IMG/VR virus record: IMGVR_UViG_3300020216_000022
Coordinates: 1-34,321 of that record
Strand: one strand, 5' to 3'
DNA from: a virus
Lineage: Duplodnaviria > Caudoviricetes
Length of the DNA stretch: 34,321 bases
Of this stretch, positions 27,301 to 34,321 are shown in pieces. Position 1 is the first letter of the stretch. Every line of letters begins with the position of its first letter. Both the position numbers and the translations under genes were made by a program. Under the pieces are notes generated by a model that did no database searches, was not told the DNA's origin, and saw only the letters and a program-made list of their open reading frames with translations.

Positions 27301-28414
27301 CTTTACACCAGAAGAAGCGAGCGCAGATGAAATTGACCCGAGTACTGGTACAACAAACGCTCCTAAAGGGCAAAAGCAACAGTCTAAAAATGAAAACCAA
27401 GCTAAAAGCAAGGAAGAAAAAGATACCACAAACAAGAAAGCCACTTCAGAAAAGAAAAGGGAAAACAACAATTCTTCTGAGAAAGACAACTTAGGGCTGT
27501 ACTCTAAACTTCTTGATAGGGCTTCTAAGATTTTAACTCAGGCTCGTTCCCAGAATGGTATTTTTGGAAACAAAAAAGGAAATACTGGTTCTGAAGATAC
27601 GGACGAGGGTGGCTCTGGAGATGACGTAAGTGGCACAGGTGGTAAAGGTGAAGAAGCTATTCGTAGTGTGGCTAAAGAAGTGGGAGATAGCTTAGGGGTG
27701 GACCCGAGTCTTATCTTTGGCCAACTAATGCACGAATCTGCTAATGGCACACACACCGCTGGTAAGAATAACTATGGTGGTGTCACTTATGCTGGACAAA
27801 AAGGTGCTTCTAAAGGCGCTAAACAGCCTGATGGTAGTGCTTACTATGCAGACTTTAAGGACTTAGATTCTTTTGCTAATGCTTATAAAGATATCTTAGA
27901 TAGAATGGGTGTAAGTAAAGCAGGAGATGCAGATGAATATGCAAAGATTCTACGCTCTAAAGGTTATTATACTGCACCTGAAAGTGAATATGCAGCTAGT
28001 CTAAAAGACAGGGCTTCTAAGTTTGCTAAAGGAGGTAAAGTTTCTTCTCCAACTAACGCATTGATAGGAGAAGTCCCTGGGCAACATGAATACGTTATTA
28101 ATCCTCATCAAGCAACAGCTCCCGGGTTATTGCAACAAGCAATGTCAGACACAGCGAAGAAGTTTGATATTACTGGTTTAACAGGCAATCAAGAATTTGC
28201 TGGAAGAAGACTAAACCTTGCAGGAGCAAGTGGAAGCTCTGGTGGCGGTGCTTCAAACATGAATAATACGAACAACTTTACAATTAATGTTGAAGTTTCA
28301 GGAGATACACCACAATCTCAAGCAGAAGACTTAGCTAACCAAATTTCAGACAAAATGCAAAGATTAGCCAACGATTCTATGGAATTCTTTGGTAAAGAAT
28401 ACAAAAGAAGATAG
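24320..28414 (+). CDS. tape measure protein with C-terminal glucosaminidase (GH73-like) domain
   Basis: 1364 aa, helical. C-terminal GQLMHESA...NNYGGV...YADFKDLD...GYYTAPESEYA. Confidence 0.88.
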   Translation: MANENFRFFVEAGTEDAANKLKELDKIMDRIDSRANKGTANFMNTTSKDVDKTVADMQRMLDLRKQLNKEFNKNVGQANNKGDTEALNKNLGTMKEMNKEYQKAQKQAQKLYSMESGKGKANNASIKEQKAFQSEISESQKRIKSMKADLSDIKNQSSRMNRSVNNATSTGRMTYKESQRLKGDLNVGKRASDLRDKINSRRETLQGQLRKDRSQLTNVRENASQAKPGSQQSRIWKNEESAILDRINNTQKEIEQIKNASDELGRLSKQAESARKKMDSSDVKVDAERGTAKGFMQARAPAIAMNAIGSVATVGGGLYAKGKQASDQMREPSISLGQRTGNSDFRAMRRQMQEMGTERSMGYKGADMLQFQDDVVSNMGYTNNEDMTNTTRALAEGSRAVPVDNESLSDFMNSTMRNGSISGGDQAKEIQQAFLGAIKQSGMEGREQEQIDALNQIQESAFSGRQGSQAELNNLMAMQSMLADTGNRSVQGEKGAQMMSGLDEGFQNAIDDPQMRLIFGAGQGEYQGMEGRYKLRERLEEGLSNPENTNDLMDAAKTFGGDTEEGQKEAFIDFADKMGADVSTDQATAVFDMMKKNGGSLTEKQLKKVLKDNEDSGEDQYSKNLEDYKDSPESARNQSEAVTEKQATGIADPIADTIAKVNSSMGGLPPVLYAAIGAVTAFTGTMLTSMAQMKTAEWMNTKGQGTFNNQKNPGNNNNQKNPGGNSTKTATTVGKNVGKQYVENGRPATKPTTPNTSPSTPGTSPGFFQTVKDKFNMGKQTEGIKGGVESAVNGGKEFLGNSNKMGNLTNKMPKGTNQFLKNIKGGGAFAGFFGMMDVVNAMNAEKGEKSNQLASGLTSTATAFGVGGLPGFLAAPVFGEAADMGVQGIKDIGNILTGPDEDSGMTWKQNLQKTMADHQQRIDDSSWFEDPIEKAAVGGWNMTLGNIPGLSTDEIKEKNYQKSQAEPNVGEEIEEEDDNSPGFWSKAWGGVKDFFTPEEASADEIDPSTGTTNAPKGQKQQSKNENQAKSKEEKDTTNKKATSEKKRENNNSSEKDNLGLYSKLLDRASKILTQARSQNGIFGNKKGNTGSEDTDEGGSGDDVSGTGGKGEEAIRSVAKEVGDSLGVDPSLIFGQLMHESANGTHTAGKNNYGGVTYAGQKGASKGAKQPDGSAYYADFKDLDSFANAYKDILDRMGVSKAGDADEYAKILRSKGYYTAPESEYAASLKDRASKFAKGGKVSSPTNALIGEVPGQHEYVINPHQATAPGLLQQAMSDTAKKFDITGLTGNQEFAGRRLNLAGASGSSGGGASNMNNTNNFTINVEVSGDTPQSQAEDLANQISDKMQRLANDSMEFFGKEYKRR

Positions 28415-28465
28415 GGGAAAGGGAGTTTTCTCTTTTCCTTATTTTAGTTAGGAGGTAACATTTAT

Positions 28466-30916
28466 TTGGCAGAAGTAAAATTAAGATATCCAAAGTTTGA
28501 TTTAAAGTTTTATACAGAAGATGATGAGTACCACATTACTTACGATGCAAGAAAAGACTTCTCTAATGAGTTCACTGGAGAATCTGTTATACAACTTTCT
28601 ACAAAAAATGCTATGGAAGAAGATACAGCGACATTCTCACTAGTTTTGGCTGGGGATGTTTATTGGGATAGAATCCTACAAGCTAATGATGCCGTTGTCT
28701 TAAAGATAGACCCAAATGAAGGCGGAGAAAAACCTCAAAATCCTGTTCTTCTTGTAGGGCTTGTATCCGAAGTAAGACAAGAAGCAGACCATGGTGAAAA
28801 TTCTAAGATGTATAGAATTACAGGGCAATCTTTTGCCAAAGCATTTACTAACTTTGAGATAGGGGTTATCCAAGAGGTAGCTACTCAACTGACTGATATC
28901 GGTTGGTTACCTAATTCCACTGAAGATGGTGGATTTGAAATGACCCAAAAAACAGCTGCTCAAATGGTTGAGTCCATTGTAGAACACTTCTTGCCCTACA
29001 TTAAGTACAATTATAGCCATACAAAAAAAGGTATTGAAGAATTTCTGACTTGGAAACTAGACTCTTGGGTACAAGAAGAAAGATTAGCTGACGAAACAAA
29101 TTTCATAAACTATGAGGGTTCATTAAAGCAGATGTTAGAAGATGCTACGGCTAGACCTTTTAACGAATTATTCTTTGAAGCTACTGAAGATGAACAATGT
29201 GAGCTTGTTTTAAGAAGAACACCTTTTGACCCAGAAGACTGGAATCACCTAACAACTTATACGATTACTTCTAAGGAGTTAATCAGTGAATCCGTAGGGT
29301 TAAATGATGCAGAATCTTTTAGTATTTTCAATATTTCCCAAAAAAATAATATGCTGGGTGCAAGTGATGTTGACCTTTCGGCTTATCCGCAATATTTCAA
29401 GCCTTTATTAGACAAATTCGGGTACAAAGAACTTCAAGTAGAGAACTTGTATCTAGACACAGCTGTAGCTGAGGACAGCGAAGAAGATGATTCTGAGGAA
29501 ACAGAAGATGATAATGATGACACAGAAGAAGCTGAGTCAGAAGATGATTCTAACGAAGATGAAGGACAATCTTTCGCTACAATGTATAACTTGGTTACCA
29601 ATTACTTAGCAAACTATGGACGAAAAAAGATTAGAGTTGTTAAAGATAAGGTCACAAAACAAATCCAAAATGTAGACAAAAGAATAACTAAGGCTATGGC
29701 TCAAGATATCATGGACTTTTACATGGAAGGAAAAGAAAAATGGAGCCGAGAAGCTTTTAGCAAATTAACAGGTTTCTCTCTTTCTGAAGAAGATGGTCAA
29801 AAAGATAAACCAGATGCAGATTATCAAGACGTAAGAACCACCATGGATAAAAGTTCAAATACCAATGTCACAGATTTAAAAAATGAACTAGTAGAAAAGT
29901 ATAACATCTCCGAAGACCAAGCAGTAAACGTAGCAAGTGAATACTTAGCTGAAAAACTAAACAAAGAAAGATTTAAAGAAATTATGGATGATAGAAGTGC
30001 TGAGGGTATGGAGCGTATTGGTACATCAAAACAAGTCTTAATTGACTTTAAGAAACGCTTGGCTAATTGGTACTGTGAAAATCCTAATTTTTATTCAGGG
30101 GATATTACTGTACAAGGTTCACCAGAGTATCGTTTAGGTGGACGTCTTATTGTACAAGATGAACAAAATGGAGAAATTTGGGAGTACTATATCGAGTCTG
30201 TCCAACACAGTTATTCTTATACAGAAGGGTACACAACAACTTTAGGTGTTACTCGTGGATTGCAAAATGCAGGTAGAGGACGTTTTACCAATCTTTGGGG
30301 TACTTCGGAAGACTTTAAAGGTGGGTATATGGGCGAAATGTCTATGGAAGAACTGTTGGAACTACAAGCCAAAGAAGACGAAAAGAACCAACAAGAAGAA
30401 GATAATGGTGATGATGATTCAGGAGATGCCTCATCTATTCCGGGAAGTTCTATTGCAGTAAAAGCAGCGAACTTTGGAAAGTCCATGTCTAAAGAAGAGT
30501 CTAGTCATAGTTCTTATTATTCTTGGGGTGGCGGACGAGGTTCTGACCCGTTCAAAAGTGAACCTTATGCTATGGATTGTTCTTCTTTTGTTTGGTGGTG
30601 TTTTGAAAAAGCTGGGCAAAGCTTAGCGGGAGGAAAAGGTGGTATGACCACTTGGACAATTAAAGGAGACAAAAACTTAAAAACAGTAAATCCTCAAGGT
30701 GCTAAAGCAGGAGCTAAGGCAAAAATGAAAGTTGGAGATATCATTATGTTTTACCCTTCCAATGGGCACATTGGCATCTATCTAGGTGGAGATAAATGGG
30801 TTGGATGTAATGGAAAACCGCCTACAGACCACTCAAGTACAGCAGGAATACACGTTAAAAGTTTATCAGGATTTTGGTGGGGTCAATTCAATGGACATGT
30901 GCTACGATTGCCCTAA
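28466..30916 (+). CDS. tail lysin / baseplate hub with C-terminal NlpC/P60
   Basis: YSWGGGR...MDCSSFVWW and GHIGIYLG motifs; follows the tape measure gene. Confidence 0.85.
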   Translation: MAEVKLRYPKFDLKFYTEDDEYHITYDARKDFSNEFTGESVIQLSTKNAMEEDTATFSLVLAGDVYWDRILQANDAVVLKIDPNEGGEKPQNPVLLVGLVSEVRQEADHGENSKMYRITGQSFAKAFTNFEIGVIQEVATQLTDIGWLPNSTEDGGFEMTQKTAAQMVESIVEHFLPYIKYNYSHTKKGIEEFLTWKLDSWVQEERLADETNFINYEGSLKQMLEDATARPFNELFFEATEDEQCELVLRRTPFDPEDWNHLTTYTITSKELISESVGLNDAESFSIFNISQKNNMLGASDVDLSAYPQYFKPLLDKFGYKELQVENLYLDTAVAEDSEEDDSEETEDDNDDTEEAESEDDSNEDEGQSFATMYNLVTNYLANYGRKKIRVVKDKVTKQIQNVDKRITKAMAQDIMDFYMEGKEKWSREAFSKLTGFSLSEEDGQKDKPDADYQDVRTTMDKSSNTNVTDLKNELVEKYNISEDQAVNVASEYLAEKLNKERFKEIMDDRSAEGMERIGTSKQVLIDFKKRLANWYCENPNFYSGDITVQGSPEYRLGGRLIVQDEQNGEIWEYYIESVQHSYSYTEGYTTTLGVTRGLQNAGRGRFTNLWGTSEDFKGGYMGEMSMEELLELQAKEDEKNQQEEDNGDDDSGDASSIPGSSIAVKAANFGKSMSKEESSHSSYYSWGGGRGSDPFKSEPYAMDCSSFVWWCFEKAGQSLAGGKGGMTTWTIKGDKNLKTVNPQGAKAGAKAKMKVGDIIMFYPSNGHIGIYLGGDKWVGCNGKPPTDHSSTAGIHVKSLSGFWWGQFNGHVLRLP
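30173..30288 (+). repeat. 116-bp identical block shared with 32648-32763
   Basis: GAAATTTGGGAGTACTATATCGAG...GGTAGAGGACGTTTTAC is identical in both paralogues and in the same reading frame. Confidence 0.92.
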
Positions 30917-30934
30917 GAAAGGAGGAAATAATTT

Positions 30935-33900
30935 TTGGCAGATGCACAAGTAGTAAAAAGATATCCTGTATTTGATATTCATTTTTACACAGAGGATGAT
31001 GACTACCATATCACTTATGACTCAAGAGATGATTTTTCAAGAGAGTCTTTAGAGCAATCAGTTATCCAACTGTCTACAAAAAATGCTATGGAAGATGATT
31101 CAGCAACGTTTACTTTTGTCCTTGCAGGAGATGTTTACTGGGATAGACTAATACAGGCAAACGATGCTGTTATACTTAAAATTAATCCATCTGAAGATAT
31201 GGAAGAACCAGAAAACCCAGTACTACTAGTAGGAATGGTTTCTGAGGTTAGACTAGAAGGAGATTACGGCGAAAATTCTAAGATGTATAGAATTACAGGT
31301 CAATCTTTTGCTAAAGCCTTAATTAATTTTGAAATAGGAGTTATTCAAGAAGTAAGTGTAAATTTAACAGATATTGGGTGGCTACCTAATGAAGAAAGCG
31401 AAGACAACGATACAGGTGGTATCCAAATGGAAGGAAGAAATGCTTCTCAGCTAGCCGAAACTGTAATGAATCGTTTCTTAGAATATATGAAGTACAGCTA
31501 TAAAGGCGGAGGCATCGACCAATTCTTAGAATGGGAATTTGACTCATGGGTAAATGATGAAAACCTCATTGACTCAACACCCTTTATTAATTATGAAGGT
31601 TCTTTGAAACAAATGCTAGATGATATTACAGCCAAACCTTTTAATGAGCTTTTCTTTGACGCTACAAAAAATGAAAAGTGTCGAATGATTATGAGAAGAA
31701 CGCCTTTTGACCAAAATGATTGGAACAATCTTCCACTTTATCAAGTAACATCTAAAGATGTCATTAGTGAATCCGTAGCCACAACAGATACAGAAACTTA
31801 TACCATTTTTAACGTAGCTATTGATAGTATGTTAGGCTTAAACTCCACAGATTTAGGCTCTAAGCCTCGGTACTTTCCTGAGTTATTAGACAAATTTGGT
31901 TATAAAAAATTAGAGGTTGAAAATCGTTACTTAATGGATTCTGTTTCAAACAGTGATGATGAGGGTGACGCTGAGGGAACAGATGACGATGATTCAAAAG
32001 ATAGCGATGATGATAGCGATGAAGAAGACGACCCAGAAAATACTTTTAACGAAATTTACACGTTAGTTATAGGAAAACTGCTGGGGAATACTCAAAATCG
32101 AGTAAGAGTCAATAAAAATAGCATTGCAACTTCTGTTTCTAAACTAGATAATCGTTTAACCAAAAACCAAGGTATTGAAATTTGTGACTACTATGCCCAA
32201 CATGGTAATCTTCCTCAAGACCAGTTTTCCCGAATAACAGGTATCAATAAAGACAATGGGAACAAAGGGCAAGGAACTCGTCGACCTAATTACAAAGCTG
32301 TAACGAACTTTTTAAGAGAAAATACCCAAGAAGATGAGGGCGTTACTAGTACTAAAGGTCGCCTTTTAGATGAATTTATCATGAGTGATTCTCAAGCTAA
32401 TAGTTTAGCCTCTAGTTGGGAACAACAAGGCGAAATTGCTTCTGCTCAATACAAAGAAGTTATGGAAGGCGACGAAGAGGTTACTGCCCCTAAAGACCCA
32501 GATGGTGCTAAACTACAAGAATTTACAGAACGCTTAGCCAATTGGTATGTGGAAAACCCAAACTTTTACTCAGGTGAAGTCGTTGTTAAAGGTTCTCCAG
32601 ACTTTCGATTAGGTGGCAGACTTTATTTACAAGACGAACAAAATGATGAAATTTGGGAGTACTATATCGAGTCTGTCCAACACAGTTATTCTTATACAGA
32701 AGGGTACACAACAACTTTAGGTGTTACTCGTGGATTGCAAAATGCAGGTAGAGGACGTTTTACTAACCTTTGGGGAAAATCTGAAGAATTTAAAGGCGGA
32801 TACCTTGGTGAGTTAACCTTAAAAGAGCTCATAGAAAAACAAGATGAAATGAATGATGACGAGGATGATAGCTCTGGCGGTGGTGGAAGTGGTGGAGACT
32901 ACACACCAGGTGCAGGAACACAACTAGCTGTTTTCCCAATGGATATGATTAACATTACTCAAGGAGAAAATGGACCATTTTCTCACCAGGGTTCACTAGC
33001 TATGGACTTTGTCGGTACACATAATTCCTATCCTTACTATGCACCTTTTGACTGTAAATGTGTATATACTTCTTCAGCTGCTTGTGTCGCTTGGGAATCT
33101 CAAAAGCCTGTTCAATGTGTAGATGGTTCTACAAACTATGTTACTCTCCTATGTATTCATGATAACAACTGGAACAGCCATAAAGTTGGAGACAAAAAAG
33201 CAAAAGGGTCAAAACTAGGTGCTACAGGTGTTGCAGGTCATGTAACAGGAGACCATGCTCATTTTGAAGTTTCTAAGAAGAAATGGTCAGGAATGAGCAG
33301 AAACAGTCATGGTACTTGGACAATGCATAACCAAGCCCACCTCTATGATGTATTCTCTTTAAAAGATAACACTGGTAACAATAATAATACAAAAGTTGTT
33401 AATGGTGGAGGTTACCCTTGGAAAAGTAACGAAAAATGGGATGACAAAGAAGGCTCTGATGGCGGAAAAGGTGGGATTTACTCCCCAAACATGCACGGTG
33501 CTTTAGGGGATTATTCCCAGTTTAGCAACAACAAAGAAATATCTACCACACGTTCTAGACAAAAAAATTTGCTTGATTTTAACCATGTAGGCATCATAGA
33601 CTTTGCAGATACTCCTGATGTGGATAAATCATTTCCGACTGTTGAAGGAAGTGCTGTAGCAATGAATGCCTTTAATTGGGGAATGCAGTTTGAAAAAACT
33701 TACTCGGATAAGTATTCTATGTACGATTTTGGTTCAGGACATAATGGACATTACCCTTTTGAAGATGATATTATAAAAATAGATAATTCTGCTTTTATTT
33801 GGTGGTGCTTTAAACAAGCAGGTATCACTTTAGGTGGAAGCGCTAGAAACTTTACAAGTTTGTCTATACTAAATGATGCACAGTTAGCAACTATTAGAAA

Positions 33901-34129
33901 CTTTGGGCAGAAAAATGACCCAATATTCACAGAGCTAAAAGTCGGAGATATTTTGTCCTTTACTCCTGAAAGAGGAATATTAGGAATTTATGCAGGAAAA
34001 GGTCAAGTGTTAATGGCGCAAGGCTTAGGAAACAATGATGGCAGAAGCACGTCAGGAATTACTTTATTACGTATGGACCAAGGAAATTGGTGGATGCGGT
34101 TTAATGGAATAGTTAAACGACTGAGATAG
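30935..34129 (+). CDS. paralogous tail lysin / hub with M23-like peptidase and degenerate NlpC/P60 domain
   Basis: N-terminal ~630 aa is paralogous to the previous gene. SHQGSLAMDF and TGDHAHFEV are M23-like. The last domain has DNSAFIWW and GILGIY in place of DCSSFVWW and GHIGIY. Confidence 0.83.
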   Translation: MADAQVVKRYPVFDIHFYTEDDDYHITYDSRDDFSRESLEQSVIQLSTKNAMEDDSATFTFVLAGDVYWDRLIQANDAVILKINPSEDMEEPENPVLLVGMVSEVRLEGDYGENSKMYRITGQSFAKALINFEIGVIQEVSVNLTDIGWLPNEESEDNDTGGIQMEGRNASQLAETVMNRFLEYMKYSYKGGGIDQFLEWEFDSWVNDENLIDSTPFINYEGSLKQMLDDITAKPFNELFFDATKNEKCRMIMRRTPFDQNDWNNLPLYQVTSKDVISESVATTDTETYTIFNVAIDSMLGLNSTDLGSKPRYFPELLDKFGYKKLEVENRYLMDSVSNSDDEGDAEGTDDDDSKDSDDDSDEEDDPENTFNEIYTLVIGKLLGNTQNRVRVNKNSIATSVSKLDNRLTKNQGIEICDYYAQHGNLPQDQFSRITGINKDNGNKGQGTRRPNYKAVTNFLRENTQEDEGVTSTKGRLLDEFIMSDSQANSLASSWEQQGEIASAQYKEVMEGDEEVTAPKDPDGAKLQEFTERLANWYVENPNFYSGEVVVKGSPDFRLGGRLYLQDEQNDEIWEYYIESVQHSYSYTEGYTTTLGVTRGLQNAGRGRFTNLWGKSEEFKGGYLGELTLKELIEKQDEMNDDEDDSSGGGGSGGDYTPGAGTQLAVFPMDMINITQGENGPFSHQGSLAMDFVGTHNSYPYYAPFDCKCVYTSSAACVAWESQKPVQCVDGSTNYVTLLCIHDNNWNSHKVGDKKAKGSKLGATGVAGHVTGDHAHFEVSKKKWSGMSRNSHGTWTMHNQAHLYDVFSLKDNTGNNNNTKVVNGGGYPWKSNEKWDDKEGSDGGKGGIYSPNMHGALGDYSQFSNNKEISTTRSRQKNLLDFNHVGIIDFADTPDVDKSFPTVEGSAVAMNAFNWGMQFEKTYSDKYSMYDFGSGHNGHYPFEDDIIKIDNSAFIWWCFKQAGITLGGSARNFTSLSILNDAQLATIRNFGQKNDPIFTELKVGDILSFTPERGILGIYAGKGQVLMAQGLGNNDGRSTSGITLLRMDQGNWWMRFNGIVKRLR

Positions 34130-34152
34130 GACAATTAGTTCTATCTCTTTTT
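34123..34152 (+). terminator. intrinsic terminator
   Basis: GAGATAGGA-CAATTAG-TTCTATCTC followed by a T-tract. Confidence 0.75.
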
Positions 34153-34161
34153 GTTTTACCT

Positions 34162-34321
34162 TAGAATATGCCTCACGCCCGTAGACGCCCGTGGGATGAT
34201 GTTTTAAATCTCTTCTAAGGTGTTTATACCTTTAAGGTGTCAACACACCTTAAATCGGCTTTGGTTGCCTCATGTAAAATAGGGCATTTTACCTCTAGAA
34301 ATTATTGCAATTCTTTTCTGA
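34162..34321. repeat. ~160-bp dispersed repeat, copy 2 (runs to the window end)
   Basis: Direct diverged copy of 113-274. Confidence 0.9.

Noticed and set aside
2036-30619. Minus-strand and alternate-frame ORFs in the track (e.g. 2036-2320, 4102-4449, 12617-12988, 24265-24660, 26234-26659)
   Set aside because: They are shadows of well-supported + strand genes, with Ser/Phe/Leu-rich antisense composition and no recognisable motifs.
30173-32763. Diversity-generating retroelement TR/VR pair
   Set aside because: The copies are identical, with no adenine-specific mismatches, and no reverse transcriptase is in the window.
113-34321. End repeats as phage terminal repeats of a complete genome
   Set aside because: The copies are diverged, and the window lacks terminase, most baseplate genes and the DNA replication module, so it is a genome fragment.

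Overview
AT-rich segment of a large contractile-tailed phage of Firmicutes. The gene order is SPO1/Twort-like (Herelleviridae-type), and the host is probably an enterococcus or another lactic acid bacterium (inferred). Real genes are all on the + strand. In order: hypothetical/virion genes, a plasmid-type RepA_N initiator, a LysM/Apf-like hydrolase, a nucleoside deoxyribosyltransferase-like gene, holin, two endolysins, portal, prohead protease, scaffold, major capsid, neck genes, tail sheath and tube, a frameshifted tail chaperone pair, tape measure, and two paralogous tail-lysin/hub genes. The standout element is a ~1.72-kb group I intron (9382-11101) that splits the portal gene at DMQ|FEKW. 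It carries a TnpB nuclease ORF and an omegaRNA-like scaffold but no transposase. Directly after the scaffold, and inside the intron, lies a synonymously recoded copy of the intron's own insertion site (CAA TTT GAG AAG TGG TTA versus CAG|TTC GAG AAA TGG TTA). This suggests an RNA-guided homing intron whose guide survives splicing. Other notable signals are three tandem promoter-ncRNA-terminator cassettes (21420-22114), a structured ~160-bp repeat at both window ends with inverted iteron-like motifs, a WalR box, two in-frame TAA codons inside coding-like sequence, and a 116-bp identical block shared by the two tail lysins. All family assignments come from motif recognition by eye, not database searches.
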